Assembly: GCA_963669175.1 (NCBI GenBank) | Contig: OY769902.1 | Span: forward strand, 1,312,001-1,376,000 | Origin: a bacterium | Lineage (GTDB): Bacteria; Electryoneota; Electryoneia; Electryoneales; Electryoneaceae | DNA: 64,000 nucleotides | Direction of reading: 5' to 3' | Shown here: one piece after another, positions 1 through 9,349 of the stretch | Position numbering within the stretch: position 1 is the first letter of the stretch | How the letters are laid out: each line of letters begins with the position of its first letter | Program-made: the position numbers and the translations under genes | Notes under the pieces: generated by a model | What the model was told of the DNA's origin: nothing | What the model saw: only the letters and a program-made list of their open reading frames with translations | Database searches by the model: none

Positions 1-27
1 TCAAAGGAAATAGAGAATAAAGACAAT

Positions 28-345
28 CTGCTCTCGATTCAATTCCGTCATAATGAAGATTGCCGGGAAAAGGGGACGGGATCCTTTTCCTCGTGCTAAT
101 GCAGCATATTTCTGAACTATTCATGGAAAAGGAAACTGTCCCCTTTTCCGCGTAATTCCTGCTTGCTCCCAAGAAAAAAGGTACAGCCACCTTTCCCGGT
201 CCATGCTCACAGCGGGAAGGCTTTACCCCAGGGAAAGGAGGCAGTCCCCTTTTTCCATATTCTTTCTCCCCATATAGTAGATCTTTCACTGATATAGAAC
301 ATAACCATATGGCAGATTAATATTGGGAATCGCTACACAACTGAA
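28..345. repeat. Dispersed intergenic repeat carrying two inverted REP-like doublets (GGAAAAGG-GGACnG-n-CCTTTTCC family)
   Basis: Palindromes at about 65-90/125-149 and 174-197/231-254 form inverted pairs. The region aligns by eye with 14759-14975, which lacks one doublet. Confidence 0.75.
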
Positions 346-423
346 GGTGAAGCTCTTCAAATAAATTAAAATAGACCACCGCCGGACAAGCCGGCGGGGC
401 CAACAGGGAATCAATCTTCTTCG

Positions 424-538
424 CAGAAATCGTAGAATACTACAATCAGAAATCGTAGAATACTACAATCAGAAATCGTAGAATACTACAATCAGAAATC
501 ATAGAATACTACAATCAGAAATCGTAGAACACTACTAT
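424..538. repeat. Tandem repeat, 5 x 23 bp (CAGAAATCGTAGAATACTACAAT), plus a degenerate sixth copy
   Basis: Directly visible; units start at 424, 447, 470, 493 and 516. Confidence 0.95.
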
Positions 539-613
539 CACAAATCGTTGCATATCACTGTTATAAACTGTAGTCCTTCATAAAATGCAGTTGTATCCTG
601 AATATCCTTTTTA

Positions 614-945
614 GGCTGCTCACAAGAATTTTTGCATATTATCGACGAGCACGTTTCGTCAGGTCTTGACATGATGCCTTTTCTTGTTCTTCTCCGTAAT
701 TTCAGACATCTGTCCGACTTCACACCTGCTATTTCACATGATAGATCATCATCAGGCATCATGTTATGTCCTGACGGCAGTGAGAGTACCGATACCGGTG
801 GCAGGTCACAACGCGACAATAACAGGGTGAGAGGTGGTTTCAGAATCATCGTGCATTCAGGAAAACATAGCGAAAGCCGAAAACGGAAAGTCGCGTCAAG
901 ACCTGCCACAACTTTGCCCGGATGCACAAATTCTTGTGAGGAACC
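614..945. mobile_element. MITE-like element family 1 (332 bp, about 24 bp imperfect terminal inverted repeats)
   Basis: Ends are GGCTGCTCACAAGAATTTTTGCAT and ATGCACAAATTCTTGTGAGGAACC. A near-identical copy lies at 48496-48827 and a partial copy at 30656. Confidence 0.85.
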
Positions 946-986
946 CCTTTTTATCCTGTTCATCCTTTAAATTCAGCTTGTGAGTC

Positions 987-2498
987 CTATTCTTCGCTCG
1001 GAGCTTCGTCCCTGTCACGGAGCAACGGGAACAGGAGTACGTCACGGATCGAGCTGCGGTCGGTCATCAGCATGACCAAACGATCCACACCCATCCCCAG
1101 GCCGGCCGTGGGGGGCATACCCAACTCCAGCACGCCAAGGAAATCCTCGTCGAGCTGCATGGCTTCATCATCGCCCGCCATACGTGCTTTCGCCTGTGCT
1201 TCGAACCGTTCGCGCTGATCCTGAGGATCGGTCAACTCGCTGAAACTGTTGGCCAGTTCCATCCCTCCGGCAAAAGCTTCAAAGCGTTCCACCAGCCGTT
1301 TGTCATCACGGTGCCGTTTCGCCAACGGACTCAACTCAACCGGGTAATCGATCATGAAGGTCGCGCGTTTGAAGGTAGGCTCGACCAGTTCCCCGGCCAG
1401 TTCATCCAACGCCTTGCCTAAAGCGTACTTGGGATCAATCATGATGTTATTCTTTTTGGCGACCTCACGCACCTTCTCCAGGTCAGCGCCCAGCAGATCC
1501 TCACCGGTTATTTCCTTGAGGGCGTCGAAGAAGTTCACTCGCGGCCAGGGCGGAGTGTAATCCAGCACCTCGCCGTTAAACGGCGCCTGGTAGCTGCCGT
1601 GAATCTTCATCACCGTATCCGCGACGATCTTTTCGACCAGCTCCATGTGATACGTATAATCCTTGAAGGCGATGTAACATTCCATCATGGTGAACTCGGG
1701 ATTGTGCGTCCGGTCCACGCCTTCATTACGGAAATCCTTGGAGATTTCGTAGACACGATCCAGTCCGCCCACGATCAGCCGCTTCAGGTACAGCTCGTCT
1801 GCGATGCGCAGGTACAGCTTCTTTTTGAGCTGGTTGTGGTGGGTTTCGAACGGACGCGCGGTGCCGCCACCGTACAGGGGCTGGAGAACGGGAGTTTCTA
1901 CTTCAAGGAAACCCTGCTCGTCCAGGATGCGGCGCATGTTCGAGATGATCATCGCGCGTGTACGGAAAGAGTCACGCACTTCCGGGTTGACGATGAGGTC
2001 CAGCGCACGGTTACGGTAGCGTTCATCGGGATCGGAAAACTCATGGTGACGTTCCCCGGTTTCCGCATCTTCCTTTACTACGGGTAGCGGACGGATATTC
2101 TTGGCCAGCAGGGTGTATTCCTGAACATGCAGAGATTTCTCGCCGGTTTTGGTGACCATAACCTTCCCCACCAGTCCCAGCCAGTCACCCAGGTCTACCG
2201 AGCTTTTGTACAGGGCATAGGGCTCTTCGCCGACATCGTCACGCTTGATGTAAAACTGGACTCTTCCGGTATCGTCCAGGAAATGTGCGAAGGAGGCTTT
2301 GCCCATGACACGCTTGGCGACAACACGTCCCGCCATGCGAACCACAATCTCTTTTTCCTGGAGTTCGTCGAACTCTTCCAGCATCTGTGCGACAGTGTGG
2401 GTACGATCAAATTCGTACGGATATGGCTCAACGCCGGCCTCGACAAACTTCTGTAACTTGGCCTTGCGTGTTTCGATCAACTGCTGTAGGGTTTCCAT
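987..2498 (-). CDS. lysS: Lysine--tRNA ligase (class II)
   Basis: OB-fold 'RVMGKASFAH', 'GFLEVETP', 'LYLRIADELYLKRL', 'FRNEG', 'HNPEFTMME' and 'GMPPTAGLGMGVDRL'. Start moved to METLQQ (2498). Confidence 0.97.
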   Translation of the reverse strand: METLQQLIETRKAKLQKFVEAGVEPYPYEFDRTHTVAQMLEEFDELQEKEIVVRMAGRVVAKRVMGKASFAHFLDDTGRVQFYIKRDDVGEEPYALYKSSVDLGDWLGLVGKVMVTKTGEKSLHVQEYTLLAKNIRPLPVVKEDAETGERHHEFSDPDERYRNRALDLIVNPEVRDSFRTRAMIISNMRRILDEQGFLEVETPVLQPLYGGGTARPFETHHNQLKKKLYLRIADELYLKRLIVGGLDRVYEISKDFRNEGVDRTHNPEFTMMECYIAFKDYTYHMELVEKIVADTVMKIHGSYQAPFNGEVLDYTPPWPRVNFFDALKEITGEDLLGADLEKVREVAKKNNIMIDPKYALGKALDELAGELVEPTFKRATFMIDYPVELSPLAKRHRDDKRLVERFEAFAGGMELANSFSELTDPQDQRERFEAQAKARMAGDDEAMQLDEDFLGVLELGMPPTAGLGMGVDRLVMLMTDRSSIRDVLLFPLLRDRDEAPSEE

Positions 2499-3631
2499 CC
2501 GTGTCCCTCGTAAATCCGCGGCACTCGTGTCGTCCAGCCGCATAATATCTCGTATGCAATGGTCTGAGCGTGGCCTGCAAGCTCCCACGCTCCAATTCGT
2601 TCTTCTTCCTGTCGTCCGATCAGGACTGCTTCCGCGCCCACCGAATGCTGGTCTTCACCCAGCCAGACCATGAGCTGATCCATGCTGATATTCCCGACGA
2701 CCGGGTATCGTTTCCCCCCGATCAGCACATCGGCACGATTGGATAAAATTCGCGGGTATCCATCACCGTAGCCTACCGGAAGCGTTGCCAGCCAGCCGTC
2801 ACGCGGTGCGCTCCAACTATGCATGTAGCCGACGCCCATGCCCTTACGGATACCTTTGAAGAATACTACTTCCGTCTGTACGCTCAGCGCGGGCTTCAAA
2901 TCCCATTTCCCGTCCAGGTGTGGCCCGGGACCGTAGCCATATAAGGTAAGTCCCGGTCTTACCATGTCATAGGTGACATTTTTCAGGTTATACAGTGAAG
3001 AGCTGTTCGCAAGATGCGCCAGCGGCACTTCCAGCCCTTGTCGCTTCAGGTTGTCCAGAACTTCCTGGAACATTTCATGTTGACGCATGGCCAGCTCGAC
3101 ATCCGGCCCCTGGGCACGTACAAAATGGCTGAAAATGCCGACAAGGTCCATGTTTGGCATCTTTGCCACACCCAACGCGTACGCTACGGCGTTCTGCACA
3201 CGTACACCGATACGGTTCATGCCGGTGTCCACCTTCAGATGCACACGTGCAATACGGTTCATCCGTTGCGCTTCTTCAGAAATCTGCTGTGCTTTATACA
3301 AGCTGGAAGCCGTCATGTCCAGGTGATAATCAAGGAAGTGCTTCACCTGGTAACCAACCAGTCCGCCGAGGACAAGGATCGGCGCTTCGATCCCGGCCTG
3401 ACGCAGTTTGATCCCCTCTTCCAGGAAAGCGACGCCGAAAAAGTCGACACCCAGGTCCGCGAATTTTCGGGCTGCGGGCACCAACCCGTGTCCGTAAGCG
3501 TCTGCCTTCATAATCGCCATAATCTTGGCGTTGCCCGTGTGCTTACGCACTTCCGCAACATTGTGCGTCAGGGCATCAAGGTCAATCCGCATGTGTGTCG
3601 GACGTAAACGATAGGTTATACTCATGTTCAT
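2477..3631 (-). CDS. alr: Alanine racemase
   Basis: PLP motif 'IMKADAYGHG', plus 'HLKVDTGMNRIG', 'VRPGLTLYG', 'GYGDGYPR' and 'ISMDQ'. Overlaps the lysS start. Confidence 0.96.
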   Translation of the reverse strand: MNMSITYRLRPTHMRIDLDALTHNVAEVRKHTGNAKIMAIMKADAYGHGLVPAARKFADLGVDFFGVAFLEEGIKLRQAGIEAPILVLGGLVGYQVKHFLDYHLDMTASSLYKAQQISEEAQRMNRIARVHLKVDTGMNRIGVRVQNAVAYALGVAKMPNMDLVGIFSHFVRAQGPDVELAMRQHEMFQEVLDNLKRQGLEVPLAHLANSSSLYNLKNVTYDMVRPGLTLYGYGPGPHLDGKWDLKPALSVQTEVVFFKGIRKGMGVGYMHSWSAPRDGWLATLPVGYGDGYPRILSNRADVLIGGKRYPVVGNISMDQLMVWLGEDQHSVGAEAVLIGRQEEERIGAWELAGHAQTIAYEILCGWTTRVPRIYEGHGWKPYSS

Positions 3632-3785
3632 CCCGGGTTACGGCTGCGTTCGAAGGGGACCCACCCGGTCAAACCAGCCCGTTCGGATGATAATGTATCC
3701 AGAGTCCATTCGCAAAAGCTGAAAGCAAACAGGCTCGGCTCGCAGACTGCTCCGGAAAATGGGAAAAGCCGCTAAAATCCAAGTT

Positions 3786-4033
3786 GTGGCAGGTCTTGAC
3801 GCGGCCGTTATGAATTCTCCCTGAGAGGTTTTCCATGGCAACCAAAGATGCCAATCAAATCACGAATCGCGACTACCGGTCGCGTTGTGACCTGCCACCA
3901 GCCGCTGATCCCTTTTACCGTCAGGTCACAACGTGATGCAGAGCGAATATCCATGGAGATAGCAGGCAAAATACTTGTCATACACCTGAGGATGCTGAAA
4001 GATCTCGAAATCTGCATCACGTCAAGACCTGAC
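3786..4033 (-). repeat. Diverged reverse-oriented relative of the MITE family 1 core (four 20-bp motifs, no terminal repeats)
   Basis: Motifs at 3786-3805, 3879-3898, 3920-3939 and 4014-4033 are reverse complements of those at 890-909, 798-817, 756-775 and 658-677. Confidence 0.8.
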
Positions 4034-4088
4034 GGAACTTTAAAAAACGGGATAGACCACTTCGGGTCAGTCCCTGTTTTTCGTCAAT

Positions 4089-4117
4089 AAAAAACCCTCG
4101 ACCAGTGGCCGAGGGTA
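4089..4117 (-). terminator. Intrinsic terminator
   Basis: ACCCTCGGCCACTGGTCGAGGGT hairpin followed by a T run on the minus strand, just after the stop at 4138. Confidence 0.7.
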
Positions 4118-4137
4118 TGGATAGCAACTGGGAAAAT

Positions 4138-4605
4138 CTATTGTCTGGCGTCTTCAGGCGCCGGATTGTTTTTCTGTTCACGGATCAGTTTACCCAACCC
4201 GGCAATATCATCATAGAGTTTTTCAATAGCGGTCATGGGATCATTCAGGTAATCTTTACGGCTCACCACATTGTCCGCGGGTTCACGTGACCCGGTTTTC
4301 CAGTGATAATAGCTGAAGGGACGTAACTGGGCCGCTTTGATCACCGACTGACGTGTCCAGGCCTCGCCAAGCTGGGCAACACCTTCATCCATCGCACGTT
4401 CAAACAGCAAATCGGATACGATGAAGAAACCTTCCACTCGGGAACGCAAACTCGTTTCCTGATCTACTCGATCTATTGGCATTACTTTCTTCAAGTCTTC
4501 AAGGAAATCCTGTGGATCCTGTGACCCGTTTATAAAATCTTGTGCTGCAGCACGCAGTTTGTCAATCTGTTCCTGTGTCGCAAAGTAAAGTTTCTGGTCC
4601 GACAT
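4138..4605 (-). CDS. Hypothetical protein (about 155 aa)
   Basis: AGGAGG SD before MSDQKLY; terminator downstream; no recognised motif. Confidence 0.75.
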   Translation of the reverse strand: MSDQKLYFATQEQIDKLRAAAQDFINGSQDPQDFLEDLKKVMPIDRVDQETSLRSRVEGFFIVSDLLFERAMDEGVAQLGEAWTRQSVIKAAQLRPFSYYHWKTGSREPADNVVSRKDYLNDPMTAIEKLYDDIAGLGKLIREQKNNPAPEDARQ

Positions 4606-4986
4606 AACTCCTCCTATTCGTATCCGGCCTGATGCCGGCGCTGCAAATGCTTCCGCCTCCTCACAAGAAGACACTTGCCGAATGAGTCAACTTGCACCTA
4701 CCGGTCAAATAAGTCCTAAGGTTGATTCAATTCTATAAAGCCAGATAGTGAAGGAAATTACACAAATCAGTGGTTTTATGAGGGTTGCAATATCTCAGAA
4801 TGTATGTAAGTCAAGTTAAGCAATTGTTTTTACTTGCTCTAACTCGAGTGAATAGGGCATTCAACCATCAATACTTGTTTTTCTATATCAAATATACACC
4901 ACCAACAGGAGAAAACCAATCACGACTAAGGCAATACTGCGAAACTTGAGAGTAAAAAGTGCGTAATTGTTGACCGTCCACTAAAG

Positions 4987-5012
4987 AAATACCCGGCCGA
5001 AGCCGGGTATTC
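4987..5012 (-). terminator. Intrinsic terminator
   Basis: ATACCCGGC-CGAA-GCCGGGTAT hairpin downstream of the peptidase gene. Confidence 0.7.
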
Positions 5013-5035
5013 ACAGTGGTGCTATTGAGGAAATA

Positions 5036-6202
5036 CTAAGGTTTTACAAAGAACGGGTCCAGAGAAAGCGCCTCGTCCAGAATCTCGCGACCGTCCCTGG
5101 TCACCAGGACCATATTTTCAGTCCGGTAAGCGCCTTCGCCCTTTTCATACATTCCCGGCTCAGAGGTGACAATCATACCGGCTTCCAAGGTGATGCCCTG
5201 GCTGAACGGGATACCGAAATCATCCGCGCCTTCCGGTAATGGTGTCAGACGCGGCAGCTCATGCACATACGCGCCGCCGGTGCCATGACCAGCGCCGTGG
5301 AACGGCTTTTCAATCCCGGCCGCACGCAAGCCATCGACATACGCTTGACCGGCCAGGTTGGACGGGAATCCGGGCTTGATCTCTTCGATTACCGCCTGCA
5401 TCCAGCTTTCCTGTAGCATCTTCATGCCCTGCACCAGCGGCGGCAGCTCGTCAGTCATCACAACCATACGAGTCATGTCGGTGCATACGCCCTTATACGT
5501 GATACCCCAGTCCACCAGCATGACTTTGCGATTCTTCAGCAAACGTGGTTCATGGGTCATGTCCGGGTGCGGTGTATCCGCATCACCATCCGTGGCTACC
5601 AGGGAGTCAAAGGACACGCCTTCGCCGCCCAGTTCGGTGCCGTATTCTTCGAGACGATCACGGAAGCCCAGGTCCGTAGCTGTATCCCAGTTCTGCGGCA
5701 GCCATTCGTCAACCATGTAACGGAACTGACGGATCGCGATATCCACCGCTTCACGGATCAGGGTTAGCTCCAGGTCGCCCTTGATCATGCGCAGACGGTC
5801 AATAAATCCCGGCGGTACATCCAATGCTTTCACATCCAGCATCTGGGGCAGTACCTGGTAAATATCGAGCGCCATACCACGTGTATCGAGGACCAGCATC
5901 TCCGCGCCACCGACCAGTTCCTTCAGGTCCGGATAACGATGCGGGTGCTTTGCCGCCCAGATGAACGGTTCCACGCCGGGGATTTCCGGGATACGGTTCT
6001 CGTAACGACCATCGGTGATAAACCAGCTTTTCTCCTGACCGACGATAACATGAGCGTCTTTCTGAAAATCCGGAGCTATTCCTGTAAGCCATCCCACATT
6101 GGACGGATCAGTAACCAGCATCGGGGCGCCGTTCTTCTGTTCCTTGAGCGCGTCACGGACGCGGGAAAATCGTTCCTGTAATAGTTCTACCGGAGCCGGC
6201 AT
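5036..6202 (-). CDS. M24 family (Xaa-Pro) aminopeptidase
   Basis: Creatinase-like N-terminus; 'LRMIK', 'LVDWG...CTDMTR', 'HGAGHGTG', 'VHELP', 'TSEPGMY' and 'RTENMVLVT'. AGGAG SD before MPAPVE. Confidence 0.9.
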   Translation of the reverse strand: MPAPVELLQERFSRVRDALKEQKNGAPMLVTDPSNVGWLTGIAPDFQKDAHVIVGQEKSWFITDGRYENRIPEIPGVEPFIWAAKHPHRYPDLKELVGGAEMLVLDTRGMALDIYQVLPQMLDVKALDVPPGFIDRLRMIKGDLELTLIREAVDIAIRQFRYMVDEWLPQNWDTATDLGFRDRLEEYGTELGGEGVSFDSLVATDGDADTPHPDMTHEPRLLKNRKVMLVDWGITYKGVCTDMTRMVVMTDELPPLVQGMKMLQESWMQAVIEEIKPGFPSNLAGQAYVDGLRAAGIEKPFHGAGHGTGGAYVHELPRLTPLPEGADDFGIPFSQGITLEAGMIVTSEPGMYEKGEGAYRTENMVLVTRDGREILDEALSLDPFFVKP

Positions 6203-6775
6203 GGTATATCTCCTTCTATCTATGCAAGTGAATGGTAAAAATGTAACCACAGAATTATTAAGATGAGGGATACCGAACAAATATGCAAGAGGCTGGAGTG
6301 GAGGTAGTTCTCTCTCGCCATGTTATATGATTTGTGCATCGAGTACCCCAAGTAGTGCTTTGATATAAGTACCTCATTTTCTTCCATATATAAGTCGGGT
6401 GGCCCTGTACGTTTCGAACAGTATTGCAAAAGAGTGCATGGCCCGATTTGCCGGTGTTGAAACATGAATCTCTCAAAATGCTGACAACACGTGTGAGTCG
6501 TCATCCTGTGATGCGGGCATTAAGCAAGTCGGGATTGGAGATGGTCGGGATTGGAGTCGGGATTGGAGATGGGCTGTGTAGAGATAGAGTGTATTGTTCG
6601 TCTGTTTTTCTGGATCGGTCCACTGGCAGTATTGAAAGAGTCTCACAGTTACATTTGGGTTTAACGAATCAAGAGCCTATATTGGACAGGTTGAGAGGCC
6701 GGGCGGAAGGGGTCCGGTTGGAGGAACGCCCCACATCTTCGGGGTGCGCATCCCCGCGACAACCTGGAGATTCAT

Positions 6776-9208
6776 GTGAAGCGCGCAACTATGACAGGTT
6801 CAACACGTACGGTTCTATACACAGCTCTGTGGACCGTAGTGGTTGTTCTGTTTCTCACTCTCCGGCTGATCCATCAGGGGTTTGTGCTGACGTCACCTCC
6901 CGGAAACATCCTGATCATCGACTCCAAGTACTATTACCAGTGGGCTCAGCAGATCGCCGGTGTGCTGGTGTTTGAGCTGCATGACCTGCGTGATCCTTCC
7001 GGTCTGGCAACGAAACTGCAAGACCCGGGTGATCCGGTGGGGCAGTATATCTTCGAAAATCTGCAACCCCAGACAAAGCAGATGCTCGAGGTTCATGGCG
7101 GACGTTCCAAAGCGACTCCCATGCTGCACAAGGCGCTGGTTGATGAAATGAACCGGCTGCTGACGGATGATCACTTTTATGATGAAGAGCGGTTTGCCGG
7201 GGTCGATATTCCTATCGCGATCAAACAGCTTGCGGCAGGCCACCCCTCCGGACGGGAGTTGCATCGCGCCAACAGGGGACTGCTGGAAGCCAGGTACAAG
7301 TATATTTTCCGAAGCAATCGTTATATTCGCACTCCGAACGGTTTGGGGAACACGGTATTCTTCATGAGTCCCCTGTACCCGGTGTTTATAGCATTGGCAT
7401 TAAAGCTGAACGCCCTGCAAACCTTGTGGTTCCAGGTTTATCCTTCCGGCATTAACACAACCATGTTGCTGCAACTGCTGCTTTCCCTGGCAACACTGGG
7501 GCTTATCGGCCGATATGCAACTCGTCGTTTCGGGCCTGCGGCAGGAGTAATAGCCGGATTGCTGTATGCGTTATACGGTCCATCGATCTACTATGACAAT
7601 ATCCTCCTGTCCGCAACATTAATCCTGTTCCTGACCATGATCGCCCTAACCTTTATAGACCTGTTCCTGGAGAACGGGCGTCGCTGGCCAATCGTGTTCG
7701 CCGGGTTGGCAATCGGGCTCTCTGCGCTGGCCAGGCCATCCGCGTTGATCCTTCTCGTTGTGTTCGGGTTTATTCTGGTCAGAAAGTGGAAGAGTTACGG
7801 CGTTGAACAGTTGGGTATCCTGATTGCGAGCACAGTCATCGTCATTTTCCCGGCGTTACTGCGCAACTATCTCCACGGCGGCGAATGGTATATCACCACC
7901 AACTCGGCCGGGGTGAACTTCTATATCGGCAATCATGAAGAAGCGATAGGGTTATACAAGGAACCGCCCTTCCTGTCCAGCGCGGAACCGGCATTTGAGG
8001 CGGCCGACTACCGGCAGGAAGCCCAGAATCGGCTGGGTGAATCGTTGAGTGTGTCGGAGGCGTCAAATTACTGGTTGAAGCAGGGGCTGGGATTTGTAGC
8101 CAAGCACCCGGTAAGCTGGCTGAAACTGGAAGGACTGAAGCTGGCCTATTTCCTGAACCGGATCGAAGCGCCCAACAATGTGAGTTATTATGGTGTGCAG
8201 GAATACTCCGGTGTTTTACGTGCGCTCGGCTTCTTCAACTTCGGCATTCTGGCTCCGCTGGGACTGGTCGGCCTTTTTCTGGCGAGGAAAGAAGAGGGCT
8301 GGGATTTTGCTGTCGCGCTTCTGGTTGGTTACCTGCTTGTGGCGCTGCTGTTCTTCGTTGCCGGTGAATATCGTTATCCGGTCATTGGGGTGCTGTTTGC
8401 CTATGGCGCCGGTACGCTGACCCGAACCTATGCCCGGCTGAAGAACCATGAAATCGAGCGTGCCCAGTGGGCCATGATTGGTGTGCTGGCCATGTTGATG
8501 GTATGCAATATTCCCTGGCCCACCATGAAAGAGTTGCGTTCGCCCAGAATGGACTATTTCAACTGGGCGTCCGTATCCTTCGCGCAGGGCGACATGGCCA
8601 ATGCCAGCCTGCTCTTCACAGCCGCTATCGCGTACGATCCGACATGGATCGAACCTCATATTCAGCTTGCGCAGGTTTACGATGCCTGGGGGGTGAAGGA
8701 TCTCGCGGACCAGGAATATGCCGCGGCCGGGATCACACGCGATGAACTGAACAAAGCGCGTGAACAGGAAGAATTATCCAGCCTTCTCCCGGATTCGCTG
8801 ACGACTGATGGCGGCTTTGATGATGTTACCCCGGAGCAACTGGCGGTTGTTGGCGCACGCTTTAACCAGATCGGAAAATTCCGGCAGGCTGTGCTGGTCT
8901 TACGTGAAGCGGTTAAACGAGATTCCACCAACCTGGATGCGCGTTTCCATTATGCCTTTGCCCTTGAAGCGGCCGGCGCTCAGGCTGACGCTGTGGATAT
9001 TTATTTTGCGCTGGAACGAAAGCGTACCGATGATCCCCTGATTCCGTTCAGAATTGCCTGGTCGTATTATGCCATGGGGAACTATGGTACGGCCATGACT
9101 ACGATGAATCGTGTCAAGGAAAAGGTGGACAAACTTCCGGACGAAGAAAGCCGTGAGCGCTGGTACGAGATTATCAAACGCACCAAAGAAGCGTTTATGA
9201 ATTATTAA
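6776..9208 (+). CDS. GT-C fold (GT39/ArnT-like) membrane glycosyltransferase with C-terminal TPR repeats
   Basis: 'DSKYYYQWA', 'SPLYP', 'LSALARP', 'GVNFYIGN' and 'YRYP'; many TM helices; TPR-like tail. Confidence 0.75.
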   Translation: MKRATMTGSTRTVLYTALWTVVVVLFLTLRLIHQGFVLTSPPGNILIIDSKYYYQWAQQIAGVLVFELHDLRDPSGLATKLQDPGDPVGQYIFENLQPQTKQMLEVHGGRSKATPMLHKALVDEMNRLLTDDHFYDEERFAGVDIPIAIKQLAAGHPSGRELHRANRGLLEARYKYIFRSNRYIRTPNGLGNTVFFMSPLYPVFIALALKLNALQTLWFQVYPSGINTTMLLQLLLSLATLGLIGRYATRRFGPAAGVIAGLLYALYGPSIYYDNILLSATLILFLTMIALTFIDLFLENGRRWPIVFAGLAIGLSALARPSALILLVVFGFILVRKWKSYGVEQLGILIASTVIVIFPALLRNYLHGGEWYITTNSAGVNFYIGNHEEAIGLYKEPPFLSSAEPAFEAADYRQEAQNRLGESLSVSEASNYWLKQGLGFVAKHPVSWLKLEGLKLAYFLNRIEAPNNVSYYGVQEYSGVLRALGFFNFGILAPLGLVGLFLARKEEGWDFAVALLVGYLLVALLFFVAGEYRYPVIGVLFAYGAGTLTRTYARLKNHEIERAQWAMIGVLAMLMVCNIPWPTMKELRSPRMDYFNWASVSFAQGDMANASLLFTAAIAYDPTWIEPHIQLAQVYDAWGVKDLADQEYAAAGITRDELNKAREQEELSSLLPDSLTTDGGFDDVTPEQLAVVGARFNQIGKFRQAVLVLREAVKRDSTNLDARFHYAFALEAAGAQADAVDIYFALERKRTDDPLIPFRIAWSYYAMGNYGTAMTTMNRVKEKVDKLPDEESRERWYEIIKRTKEAFMNY

Positions 9209-9349
9209 TTGACACAGTTCGCTATTGCCCCGGATCCAGTTTTCAAGTTGTCATATTAAAGCTCAGACAGTATAATGCGATGAAAACATTGAAAACGCAG
9301 TATATCCGGACTGTGTGCAGCCTTTCCACGGAATTGCCGGGGCAACTTC

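Noticed and set aside
424-538. CRISPR array
   Set aside because: The repeats are directly adjacent with no spacers, and there are no cas genes.
538-970. ORFs of 141 and 112 aa (and their twins at 48457-48892) as genes or a transposase
   Set aside because: They lie across the MITE, have no transposase motifs, and the plus-strand frame is broken by a stop in the second copy.
6424-6975. 183-aa ORF containing GIGVGIG repeats
   Set aside because: It arises from a short GGGATTGGAG tandem repeat in intergenic DNA and overlaps the real gene start.
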